Shown: one piece after another, positions 19,064 to 28,145 of the stretch | How the letters are laid out: each line of letters begins with the position of its first letter | Position numbering within the stretch: the stretch's first letter is position 1 | Source of the DNA: an uncultured delta proteobacterium | GTDB taxonomy: Bacteria; Desulfobacterota; RBG-13-43-22 | Direction: 5' to 3' | Assembly: GCA_963802945.1 (NCBI GenBank) | Contig: CAWDKY010000012.1 | Span: 1 to 40,933 of the forward strand | DNA: 40,933 nucleotides | Position numbers and translations under genes: made by a program | The notes under the pieces: generated by a model | Told to the model about the DNA's origin: nothing | The model's input: the letters and a program-made list of their open reading frames with translations, nothing else | Databases searched by the model: none

Positions 19064-19380
19064 CCTGCACCTCATTTTAAATTTCTTTTTAGCCGAATAA
19101 AATTATTCCGGCTCCGTATTTTTTTCGCCAATAATAACGAAATTAGTTATCTTTTGCAAACAATCCCTTCCGTCCAAACGTTATGAAATAAAGTCAACTG
19201 GTTACAATTAGGACGCAAGTGCCTTGGTTTAAAACTGGGGTTATTATTTCTTGGACGTTCCCATGTCCTTTTAACCCTGGGCTGCCTGGTCTAACGGTTT
19301 GATACTTTCGAAGTCTATTCGAGCCATAAAATACTCCTTCAACTAATTCAATTCCGTCTCGGACAATAAGGCCCCAGGGA

Positions 19381-19830
19381 TCAACGCTTCATTACCAGGG
19401 CAGGGATTTTTGTATCGTTGTGAATGACACCAAAGGCAACACTGCCGAGGACTGCGGCTGCTAAAGCGCTCCTTCCATGAGAACCCATAACAATGAGATC
19501 TGCCTTTGACTTCTTGGCCTCTTTCACAATCTCTTCAACAGGATGCCCTGTAGTTATGACCGTCTTTGATTGGATACCGTTTTTTTCGCACAATTTCTTT
19601 AACTCTCCGGTATACCCTTCAGCAGCCTCCCGCAGATAATCCTCGATAGGCTCTATGACCTGCCTTGGCGTCTCCTCGGCAAGAACGGTTTGGCCTATCA
19701 ATGAGCGCTTATCGATAACGCTCAGGATAATGACCGAGGCCTTTAACTGTTTTGCAAGGTCAACCGCATACCTGGCTGTCTTTTGAGCTGCCTTTGACCC
19801 GTCTGTCGGCACAAGAATCTTTGAAATCAT
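19381..19830 (-). CDS. Universal stress protein (UspA family)
   Basis: KILVPTDGS, GHPVEEIV, ADLIVMGSHGRS and VLGSVA motifs. Confidence 0.95.
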   Translation of the reverse strand: MISKILVPTDGSKAAQKTARYAVDLAKQLKASVIILSVIDKRSLIGQTVLAEETPRQVIEPIEDYLREAAEGYTGELKKLCEKNGIQSKTVITTGHPVEEIVKEAKKSKADLIVMGSHGRSALAAAVLGSVAFGVIHNDTKIPALVMKR

Positions 19831-19987
19831 AAGCCCTCCTTTAATATTCTTCGCATTTAACCTGGAAATTATTTAACGACAAAGGCTTTCCGGTATTCAT
19901 CGTCTAATAGAGGAATTTCAAACATGGTTTTTAATTAGAGGTCGATAAGATTATCTACAGACATTTATGACTGAGGATAAGAAGGAA

Positions 19988-20467
19988 TTAAAATTGGGAA
20001 GTCTCTTTGTCAGGTTGAATCTCAAAGTAAATACGTTTAATGAAGGCAACTCTATCATCTGTTTTTTGCTCGTCATTTGGATTGCTGATTATGTCGTGTA
20101 TAATCTCAACCTTAATTTGTTCCCCCCTCATAGATTGCAATATTGGATACATTGAAATTGGTAAGGTTATCTTTACATCTAAGACCTCACTATTTTCCTC
20201 TCCAAATCGAATATTGCCAATATATTTTGTTTCATCATATCCAGAGACATATTTCTGTGGATGCTCCCTAAATTCAATCCGGATGTTAACATCCGTTTTT
20301 GTTTTATGACTCCAGGTTTCTTTCAAGGAACCTTTAACAAGTGTACCGTCCATCTCCATTTCTGCAGAAATATGTTGTTCACCATCTTCATAAAGGCCAC
20401 CAGAATAGCGGGCCATAGAAATTGTAGCTATTACTGTAGAATCTCTTGATGTCGATAAATCCATCAA
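19988..20467 (-). CDS. Hypothetical protein, AT-rich
   Basis: 159-aa ORF with a GGAGG RBS; no family recognised. Confidence 0.7.
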   Translation of the reverse strand: MMDLSTSRDSTVIATISMARYSGGLYEDGEQHISAEMEMDGTLVKGSLKETWSHKTKTDVNIRIEFREHPQKYVSGYDETKYIGNIRFGEENSEVLDVKITLPISMYPILQSMRGEQIKVEIIHDIISNPNDEQKTDDRVAFIKRIYFEIQPDKETSQF

Positions 20468-20928
20468 ATCCTCCGCATATTTTACATGTCTAACATTATT
20501 TTTTATGCTGAGGCAATCTTTTCTTTAATGGTCAAAACTTTCGGGGATTATACAAACCCGCAATTATCGATTACGGTTTATAATATACACTACATTCAAA
20601 CTTTTTGGAAATAAAGAAGAAATCCTTCTATTCTTTAGTGGTGTGTATCGGTCACTCATAAAGTTGCGGCCTCCATCTCTTTCAGCAAAGCGGTGATGCA
20701 TTTCCTACCAATGAGTAGTTCAGTGCCGAGGGACATCGGATTTACTCCCTATGGAATCAACGACAATTTAATTTCTTCCTCACAGAAACTACTTTCTTTG
20801 AGCCGGTGGTTCCGTGGTCTATTCGGGCCATAAAATACCCATTCAATTAATTCATGAACGTCACGCCTTTTTTAAAGTGCAAGATTCAAGATCTGCCCCT
20901 CTTCCCATTGGTAGCGATCCACTTTCTG

Positions 20929-21259
20929 TCACGGATTATCAAATTCCCTAAGCTCATCCCTATAAGTTCCCAGAATACTTTCCTCCGGTAAGATTCCTTC
21001 GATAAGCCATTGAAGCCATTCATCCAGGATCATCAATGCTTCTTCCCTTAAGCAATGCAGTGTCCATTTCCCCCTCCTGCTCCTCAACAGGGTTCCCTGC
21101 CAGGCTGTCCAGCCACTTCACCCCTTCATAGAAAACGTCGTCATAGCGGGGAGGTTTAGAAAATTTAATCTACTCCCTTTGTAATTTTTTTTCGGCTAGC
21201 TTGGCCTGAATTTGCTCTTTAAGATTCTTCCTATAAAGGGTGTCGTTGTTCAGGATCAT
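20929..21259 (-). pseudogene. Disrupted hypothetical gene
   Basis: Protein-like reading MILNNDTLYRK... with an in-frame TAG at 21170-21172 and an apparent frameshift near 21048. Confidence 0.35.
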
Positions 21260-21273
21260 AGAAGAACACCCCC

Positions 21274-21558
21274 TTATTGTTTCGCTCGTCTTTTTGTTTT
21301 TCCGTAGGGTTGTTTTTTTTCTTTTACGTAGAGTTGTTCGGATCTCTGCCGATCGAGTTTATCCCCTTTTGCTGATGTAACGGTTATCTCCTCTGGTGGT
21401 ATGGAAACAACCTTTCCGTCCCGCCAAACTATGATGGGATGGCCCCTCAGTTTATGCTCGGCCACGGCCTCGGCTACTGCTTCCCGTAAAGCCTTCTCGG
21501 CCATGATATCCAGAGGCATTTCTTTCATCAGGTTCTTTCGATTAGATGGACGCCTCAT
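21274..21558 (-). CDS. Small hypothetical protein of a type often found in TA-like neighbourhoods
   Basis: GGAGG RBS; AEKALREAVAEAVAEHKLRGHPIIVWRDGKVVSIPPEEI. Confidence 0.7.
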   Translation of the reverse strand: MRRPSNRKNLMKEMPLDIMAEKALREAVAEAVAEHKLRGHPIIVWRDGKVVSIPPEEITVTSAKGDKLDRQRSEQLYVKEKKQPYGKTKRRAKQ

Positions 21559-21599
21559 AATACCTCCGATTTTTTCCTTATCTCAGCGAAGCCGGTAAA

Positions 21600-21622
21600 G
21601 GTGGTCACAATTTGTGACCACC
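21600..21622. repeat. Perfect palindrome GGTGGTCACAA-T-TTGTGACCACC
   Basis: 11-bp arms around a CAATTTG core. Confidence 0.85.
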
Positions 21623-21630
21623 AAAGCGTA

Positions 21631-21951
21631 TTAATATTGGACATGAGCTGGTTGGCTAACATTAAGGACTTTTACCTCGTGATCAAGACGTCCTTCGAGT
21701 TTGTCTTTTTCCACCTCAAGGTCGTACCGGGCCTGCATATTCAACCAGAAACGTTCCGATTGGCCGAAATATTTAGATAGCCTCAGGGCGGTATCCGCAC
21801 TGATCGAACGTTTTCCATGAATGATTTGATTAATTCGGCGAGGATGTACACTGATGTCCTTCGCCAATTTATACTGGCTGATTCCCCGGGGCTTTAGGAA
21901 TTCTTCTAATAATATCTCGCCTGGATGAATGGGGGCAAATTTTCTATTCAT
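21631..21951 (-). CDS. higA: HigA antitoxin (HTH)
   Basis: PIHPGEILLEEFLKP, RINQII.GKRSISADTALRL and FWLNMQ motifs. Confidence 0.95.
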   Translation of the reverse strand: MNRKFAPIHPGEILLEEFLKPRGISQYKLAKDISVHPRRINQIIHGKRSISADTALRLSKYFGQSERFWLNMQARYDLEVEKDKLEGRLDHEVKVLNVSQPAHVQY

Positions 21952-21960
21952 GAATACCTC

Positions 21961-22242
21961 CTAATGATAATCTGCAATATCAACATCATAAGCATTCCCT
22001 TGGCGCCAATAAAAACAGATCCGCCATTGGTTGTTGATCCGAATGCTATGTTCCCCTTGACGATCCCCGGAAAGTTTTTCAAGCTGGTTTCCAGGGGGAA
22101 TTCGTAAATCTTCAATATGTTCGGCGGCGTCAAGAATTGCCAATTTTTTCCAAGCTGCCCTGTAAAGATTCGGAGGAAAATGTTTAAATGGAAGGCGGGC
22201 AAAGAGCCGCTCGGTTTCTTTGTTTTGAAAAGTTTTGATCAT
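21961..22242 (-). CDS. higB: HigB toxin (RelE-like)
   Basis: MIKTF, LRIPPGNQLEKLSGDRQG.HSIRINNQWRICF, C-terminal DYH; toxin precedes antitoxin. Confidence 0.95.
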   Translation of the reverse strand: MIKTFQNKETERLFARLPFKHFPPNLYRAAWKKLAILDAAEHIEDLRIPPGNQLEKLSGDRQGEHSIRINNQWRICFYWRQGNAYDVDIADYH

Positions 22243-22249
22243 TAGTTAA

Positions 22250-22278
22250 ATAATAGCGCAGCACGCTATTAATAGCAA
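22250..22278 (-). promoter_or_regulatory. higBA promoter with operator palindrome; probably leaderless
   Basis: TTGCTA-17nt-TATTAT-7nt-ATG with no RBS. Inverted repeat TAATAGCG-n5-CGCTATTA at 22251-22271. Confidence 0.75.
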
Positions 22279-22466
22279 GAAAAAAATTACATGAAGGCCT
22301 CCCTTGAAGGCCGGCATATTTTGGGGTCAGGCAATGGTAATACCGTATTGATAAATGCGGGATTAGGCATGTTATTGGCTCTTAGTTTTAAAACCGTACC
22401 ACAAACGAATTATTCCCCCTCATCAATCTAACTGTTTCTGATTGTCCAACTTTTCTCTTTCGCCCC

Positions 22467-22524
22467 AAAATAAAAACCCCATCTCTTATTTGAAAAATGG
22501 GGTTTGGTGGACTGCTTCATGGAC
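22467..22524 (-). terminator. Conserved box plus intrinsic terminator, copy A
   Basis: Minus strand GTCCATGAAGCAGTCC...AAACCCCAT-loop-ATGGGGTTTTT; near-duplicate of 23341-23400. Confidence 0.7.
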
Positions 22525-22534
22525 GATCCTTTGG

Positions 22535-22610
22535 TTTAGAGCTGTTAGCGATCAGCGTTCAGGAAAAAACTTATAAGATTTAGGCTGAATGCTGTAAGCT
22601 GATGGCTATT
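22535..22610. repeat. Inverted heptamer-repeat element
   Basis: gctgtta gcgatca gcgttca ... gctgaat gctgtaa gctgatg. Confidence 0.6.
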
Positions 22611-22679
22611 CGCTTTATATTTATGAAGCCGGATTAAAATAATTTATTTAAACCTATTAAAAATCAAAGTCAACAACTC

Positions 22680-23231
22680 CTATTTTCGCGAAGATTTCTT
22701 TAGGCTGTATCGGGCTTGTTTTTCCTTGAGATCAAATCCAATCTTCCTTTTTGTCTTAACAGGCGGAGCCATCAATGCCCGCAGGGCATCAAAGACCACT
22801 TTAAACTGGGAATCATATTTCTTTTCCATGTCTTCGAGTTTCTGTCTTAGCTCCTCATGGGTTCCCAAGATCTCCCTCAGCCGGGAAAATGTTCGCATGA
22901 TTTGAATGTTGACCTGGATTGCCTGCTTACTATTAAGAATACTGGAGAGCATTGCAACTCCATTTTCGGTGAATGCAAAGGGTAACTTTCGGGTACCTCC
23001 CCATCTTGATGTTCCAAATTGGAAGATCAAGTTTTTAACTTCTTGATTTGTCAATTGAAACATGAAATCCTCGGGGAACCGATCCCAGTTCCGCCTGACC
23101 GCCCTATTAAGATTTCCTGTGGTAACTCCATAGAGGGCAGCTAAATCGCGGTCCAGCATGACCTTCTTACCTCTTATCAAAAGGATCTTGCTTTCAATAA
23201 TTTCCTCTGGCACTAAATTTTTATCTTCCAT
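22680..23231 (-). CDS. ORF6N domain-containing protein
   Basis: IRGKKVMLDRDLAALYGV, LNRAVRRN..RFPEDFMFQLT, PFAFTENGVAMLSSILNS and RKIGF. Confidence 0.93.
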   Translation of the reverse strand: MEDKNLVPEEIIESKILLIRGKKVMLDRDLAALYGVTTGNLNRAVRRNWDRFPEDFMFQLTNQEVKNLIFQFGTSRWGGTRKLPFAFTENGVAMLSSILNSKQAIQVNIQIMRTFSRLREILGTHEELRQKLEDMEKKYDSQFKVVFDALRALMAPPVKTKRKIGFDLKEKQARYSLKKSSRK

Positions 23232-23286
23232 TTTTTCAATCCTTGGTTAATTTCTATCATTCGAGAATAGGGTGCACAGTGGAAAC

Positions 23287-23311
23287 TTGAAGTCGCAATT
23301 TGCGACTTCAA
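23287..23311. repeat. Perfect palindrome TTGAAGTCGCAA-T-TTGCGACTTCAA
   Basis: 12-bp arms around a CAATTTG core, about 55 bp upstream of the ORF6N start. Confidence 0.85.
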
Positions 23312-23340
23312 AGTCATTATTTTTTCCTTCCCTTTTCCAG

Positions 23341-23400
23341 AAAACAAAAACCCCATCTTCTTTTTCAAAAAATGGGGTTTTGTTGGACTGCTTCATGGAC
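23341..23400 (-). terminator. Conserved box plus intrinsic terminator, copy B
   Basis: Minus strand GTCCATGAAGCAGTCC...AAAACCCCAT-loop-ATGGGGTTTTT, downstream of coaX. Confidence 0.7.
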
Positions 23401-23602
23401 CAGCCTTAACAGGAAAACAGGATTCAAGGACCTGCGACGAGCTTAGGAGGATTCGAGGACCGTAGGCGGAGTGAACAGCATGGCACTTAACCCCATTAAG
23501 TATTTTCATAATTCGTGGTGTCTGAAACGAGCAAGCTTAAGGGTTTAGTTAAACACGTTGCCGGCATCAAGAAAATTAAATGTTTCCGGATCGCATTACT
23601 CC

Positions 23603-24394
23603 TTATATTCTGTTCCTTTCATAAATAATCCGCAGGCCCTCCAAGGTCAGGTAATCGTCCACCTCTTCAATCGTTTTGGATTCGGAAGCAATCAAGGGGG
23701 CCAACCCGCCGGTGGCGATAACCTTGGGTTTTTTGGGAACGGCATCAATAAACCGCTGAACCAGTCCATCCACCAGCCCGGTGTAACCGTAAACAATACC
23801 CACGTTCATACCGCTGATGGTGTCTTTGGCCAGGACGGTTTTGGGTTTGGAAAAAATTTCTACCCGGGGGAGCTTGGAGGCCTTTTGAAACAGGGCCTCG
23901 CAGGAAATCAGAATTCCCGGGGCGATGGCCCCGCCCATATATTCCCCTTTTTCGGAAACATAATCAAAGGTGGTGGCCGTGCCGAAATCAACCACGATTA
24001 GATTGGTCCGGTATTTTTCATAAGCGGCAACGGCATTGACGATACGGTCGGCCCCCACTTCCTTGGGGTTATCATAAAAGATCGGCATGCCCGTCTTGAT
24101 TCCCGGGCCGACAAAGAGAGGACGGAGATTAAAAAAACGTTTTCCGAATTCTTCCAGGGTAAAAATCATGGGCGGAACCACACAGGAGATGATCATGTGG
24201 CCGATCTGGTCCATTTCCAGACCCCGGTTGTCAAAAAGATTTTTTATCGAAATCCCCAGCTCATCCAGGGTGGCATCCCGTTCGGTCCGGATACGCCAAT
24301 CACAAAGACGAACAGGGCCGTCATAGACTCCCAGAACAATATTCGTATTGCCCACATCCATGACCAATAAAAGGTCTTTGGCTTTCTTAGGCAT
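23603..24394 (-). CDS. coaX: Type III pantothenate kinase
   Basis: [29 protein letters not shown] and ATGG motifs. ATG 24394 overlaps the glmM stop. Confidence 0.96.
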   Translation of the reverse strand: MPKKAKDLLLVMDVGNTNIVLGVYDGPVRLCDWRIRTERDATLDELGISIKNLFDNRGLEMDQIGHMIISCVVPPMIFTLEEFGKRFFNLRPLFVGPGIKTGMPIFYDNPKEVGADRIVNAVAAYEKYRTNLIVVDFGTATTFDYVSEKGEYMGGAIAPGILISCEALFQKASKLPRVEIFSKPKTVLAKDTISGMNVGIVYGYTGLVDGLVQRFIDAVPKKPKVIATGGLAPLIASESKTIEEVDDYLTLEGLRIIYERNRI

Positions 24395-25738
24395 TGAATT
24401 CCCTTTCAATCACTCGTGCCGTTTCTTCAGCCAGCGCCTGAATTTCTTTTTCATTTTCCCCTTCCACCATAATCCGGACCAGGGGTTCAGTTCCCGAGAA
24501 ACGCACCAGAAGACGTCCCTTTTCGCCCAGCTTCTTCTCCACCTTTTTCATTTGTTGGATGACAGCCGGAAATTCCTCCAGTCCCCGTCGTTCCTTGATT
24601 CGGACATTCACCAGCTTTTGCGGGTACTGGTCCATAATATCGGATAAGTCGGAAAGGCTTTTTTCTTCCTTTTGCATAATGGCCAAAAGCTGCAGGGCGC
24701 TCAATATCCCGTCTCCGGTCGGGTTATGATCCAGGAATATCAAATGGCCCGATTGTTCCCCCCGAAGTTACAGCCTCTTTTGACCATTTCCTCCACCACA
24801 TAACGATCTCCCACCTGGGTCCGGATCAGGCGGATCCCCTTCTGTCTCATAGACACTTCCAGTCCCATGTTGCTCATCACCGTAGTGACCAGGGTGTTTT
24901 TTTTCAACCGCTTTTCCTTGAACATCCGGCTGGCGCAGATGGCCATGATCTGATCCCCATTGACGATTTCTCCGCTTTCATCCACAAAAACAACCCGGTC
25001 GCCATCCCCGTCAAAACTGATGCCCAGGTCGGCCTTTTTTTTCCGGACCATGGCACCGACCAAACCTGGATAGAGGGCTCCGCAATTCTTATTGATGTTT
25101 TCTCCGTTCGGTTTGGCACCCAGCAAAGTCACCTCGGCCCCCAATTCCTCAAAAACCGTCGGGGCGCATTTGTAAGTGGCCCCATGGGCGCAGTCCAGGA
25201 CGATACGAAGTCCATCCAGGGTCAATTCCTGGGGAAAGGTGTTTTTTAAAAAAACAATATAACGACCGATGGCATCATCAATCCGAAAGGCCTTTCCGAC
25301 CTTATTGGCCGTGACCTTGGAAGAAGAAAGCTCCTCGGAAAACATAAGGGATTCGATCCGTTCTTCCATCCGGTCCGGCAATTTAAATCCGTTCCCGGAA
25401 AAAATCTTGATCCCGTTGTCCTGATAAGCATTATGTGAAGCGGAAATGACGATGCCGGCATCGGCCCTCATGCTGGTGGTCAAGAAGGCAATGCCCGGAG
25501 TAGGCAGGGGTCCGACCAGAAGAACATCCCCTCCCATGGAACAAATGCCGGCCGTGATGGCCGTTTCGATCATATAGCCGGACAATCGGGTATCTTTTCC
25601 CACTACAATTTTATGCCGCCGATTCTTATCTTTAAAAATATAAGCACAGCCTTTCCCAAGCTGCAGGGCCACTTCCACCGTCATGGGGTGAACATTGGCC
25701 ACTCCGCGGATCCCATCAGTACCGAAAAATTTCCGCAT
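24387..25738 (-). CDS. glmM: Phosphoglucosamine mutase (frameshift in a G-run near 24760)
   Basis: [14 protein letters not shown] and DGDGDR. Adding one G restores GGEQSGH and joins the C-terminal TGDG...RFSGTEP. Confidence 0.95.
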
Positions 25739-25747
25739 GGTCTCGCC

Positions 25748-26387
25748 TCATTTCCTTTTATCTTTTTTAAGCTTAACTTCAACTTCCAAGGGCACCTCTT
25801 TGGCCAAATAAATCTGAAGATTCCGGAAATCCGGATAAGCCCGCTGTTTCAGATCAAACTTCAGTCCCTGAATGTCAATCGGTTTGGTGTTCAGGCTCTC
25901 TATTTTTTTTACCACATCTTCAGGCCCGGCGATTTCAACTTTTTCCGGATTGCTCTGAATCAATTCTACCTCATATCCCGTGGCCGGAGTTCCGGTCAGC
26001 GCGGGGATGAACGGCCACTTTTTTAATGATCAACTTATGTAGGACCACCGTCACCTGGGTGGGATTGATCCGGGTGATCTTAACCCCCCGGGGTAAGGGG
26101 ATCCCTTCGGAAGAAATGGGAAAAGAAACCGTTCCTTCCCGGGTGTTGGAAAGATCCAGGCTTTTACTCACATTTTCCGTGGAAAGGGCACGAACCAGGC
26201 TTCTTGGCCCGTTAATCCTGATCTCGATCCCGTGGACGACGTTATTGACCACGATCAGATCCTGGGGGATATTGATCAGTTCCAATGGAACGGTCAATCC
26301 CACTTCGGCCCGTTCTTCGCCGACCACAAAATACCACATGATGACGGCCAGAACGATGGCCAGGAGCTTGAAATGCCAGCTTCTCAT
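25748..26387 (-). CDS. cdaR: YbbR-like / CdaR regulator (frameshift near 26010)
   Basis: N-terminal TM anchor and YbbR-type repeats; located between cdaA and glmM; two ORFs join with a single indel. Confidence 0.85.
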
Positions 26388-27208
26388 GATCGCTCACCCT
26401 TGGAGCGTAACGGCTTTCGGGGCCCGAACAGCCAATATGTCCTGCGCCCGCTTTCCTTGGCGAACAAGGTTTGTAAAACCCTTTTCAGGGTGGTCGAATC
26501 CAACCCCCGGGTAAACCGGCCGTTGATGGCCACGGAGATACGCCCCGTCTCTTCGGACACCACCACCACCGCCGCATCCGCCTCTTCCGATAAACCAAGG
26601 GCCGCCCGATGCCTGGAGCCGTAACTTTTGCTCTCCTTGGTGTTTCTGGTCAAAGGAAAGTAACAGCCGGCCGCCGTAATCTTGTTGTTCTGGATGATGA
26701 CACCTCCGTCATGGATCGGGGATTGAGGATGAAAGATACTCACCAGCAATTCCCAGCTTACCCGGGCATCCAACATCGTTGCCGTTCTCATCTGATCATT
26801 CAGGCCGGTCTGCCGTTCCAAAACAATCAAGGCCCCGGTGAGGTGACTGGAGAGATAAACTGCGGCCGTAACCACTTCTTCGATGGCCTGAAGGGTTTCC
26901 GCCGGCGTCCTGACAAAGGGACTCCGGCCCACCTGGGCCAGAACCCTGCGGATTTCAGTCTTAAAAAGAATAATAATGACCAGAATGATCGAACCGAGAA
27001 AATTACTCAGAATCCAGTGCAAGGTGAGCAGTTCCATTCGGCGGGCAATTAAAAAGGCCACGAAGATAACCACCATGCCGATCAGGATTTGGACGGCCCT
27101 GGTCCCTTTGATCAATAAAAAGATTTGATAAATGATAAAGGCGACCACCAGGACGTCCAACACATCCTGCCAGCGAATATTCTGAAAGATAAGCCAGAAA
27201 CCGTTCAT
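26384..27208 (-). CDS. cdaA: Diadenylate cyclase CdaA
   Basis: Three N-terminal TM helices, GALIVLER, SPIHDGGV, GSRHRAA and VVSEETG. Confidence 0.93.
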   Translation of the reverse strand: MNGFWLIFQNIRWQDVLDVLVVAFIIYQIFLLIKGTRAVQILIGMVVIFVAFLIARRMELLTLHWILSNFLGSIILVIIILFKTEIRRVLAQVGRSPFVRTPAETLQAIEEVVTAAVYLSSHLTGALIVLERQTGLNDQMRTATMLDARVSWELLVSIFHPQSPIHDGGVIIQNNKITAAGCYFPLTRNTKESKSYGSRHRAALGLSEEADAAVVVVSEETGRISVAINGRFTRGLDSTTLKRVLQTLFAKESGRRTYWLFGPRKPLRSKGERS

Positions 27209-28065
27209 TCTTCCGCCGCCTCTTTAAGGGCATCCACCACGGCCAGGACCTGTTTGGCCGCAGCAACATTGTGTACCCGGACTATATTGGCTCCCTGCCA
27301 GGCCCCAATAGCTAAAGTTGCCGCCGTTCCCCAATCCCGGTTCATAGCCTCCTGATCGATTATCTTTCCGATAAAGGCCTTGCGGGAGGTCCCCAAAACA
27401 ATCGGCAGGTCCAGGTCTTGAAAATAGTCTATTCGTTTAATCAAGGTCAAATTTTGAGAAAAAGTCTTACCGAACCCGATCCCCGGATCGATTAAAATTT
27501 GTTCCCTGGGAATTCCCCGGCTCTTGGCCAAGGCGATGCGTTCAACAAAAAATTGGTGAATGTCCTTCAGGAGATGGTTATACTCTGGGTTGACCTGCAT
27601 ATTCTTTGGGGTCCCCTGCATGTGCATCAAGATGACCGGAGCCTGATAGTCGGCAATGACCTTGGCCAAACCGGGATCAAAACCCAGGGCAGTGATATCA
27701 TTAACCACGACAGCCCCGGCATCGAGGGCAGCCCTGGCCACTTCGGCCTTGTAAGTATCCACCGAAATAGGAATAGAAATTCTTTTGACCAATTCCCGGA
27801 TAACCGGGACGATCCTTTGGATTTCCTCTTCAAAGGAAATGGAATCGGAAAAAGGTCTGGTCGATTCCCCCCCGACATCCAGCAGGTCGGCCCCTTGGGC
27901 AGCCAGGGCCTCCCCCTGGCCTATCGCTTTCTCCCTTTGAATGAATAATCCGCCGTCAGAAAAGGAATCTGGGGTAACATTCAATATTCCCATGATTCTG
28001 GTTTTTTCCCCAAGGGAAAGGCGAAAGTTGCCCCCTTTCAATTCGTAGGTGTTATCTGGGATCAT
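27205..28065 (-). CDS. folP: Dihydropteroate synthase
   Basis: MGILNVTPDSFSDGG, GGESTRP, IDPGIGFGK, SRK and IVRVH. Confidence 0.97.
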   Translation of the reverse strand: MIPDNTYELKGGNFRLSLGEKTRIMGILNVTPDSFSDGGLFIQREKAIGQGEALAAQGADLLDVGGESTRPFSDSISFEEEIQRIVPVIRELVKRISIPISVDTYKAEVARAALDAGAVVVNDITALGFDPGLAKVIADYQAPVILMHMQGTPKNMQVNPEYNHLLKDIHQFFVERIALAKSRGIPREQILIDPGIGFGKTFSQNLTLIKRIDYFQDLDLPIVLGTSRKAFIGKIIDQEAMNRDWGTAATLAIGAWQGANIVRVHNVAAAKQVLAVVDALKEAAEE

Positions 28066-28145
28066 CGAAAAAACGTTTTTAGCTCAACAATGCAAGCTCA
28101 AAGGAAATACTCTTGCTTTCACCTTTGAGCCTTGAGCCATATTTT

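Noticed and set aside
21170-21172. Pyrrolysine read-through of the in-frame TAG
   Set aside because: The same ORF also has a frameshift and there is no pyl context. Decay or sequencing error is simpler.
23415-23490. tRNA or tRNA fragment near GGATTCGAGG
   Set aside because: No cloverleaf or acceptor stem. It is a short ggattc.aggacc duplication.
24750-24765. Programmed frameshift or phase variation in glmM
   Set aside because: It is a short G-run in a normally essential gene, in a sequence with several similar indels.
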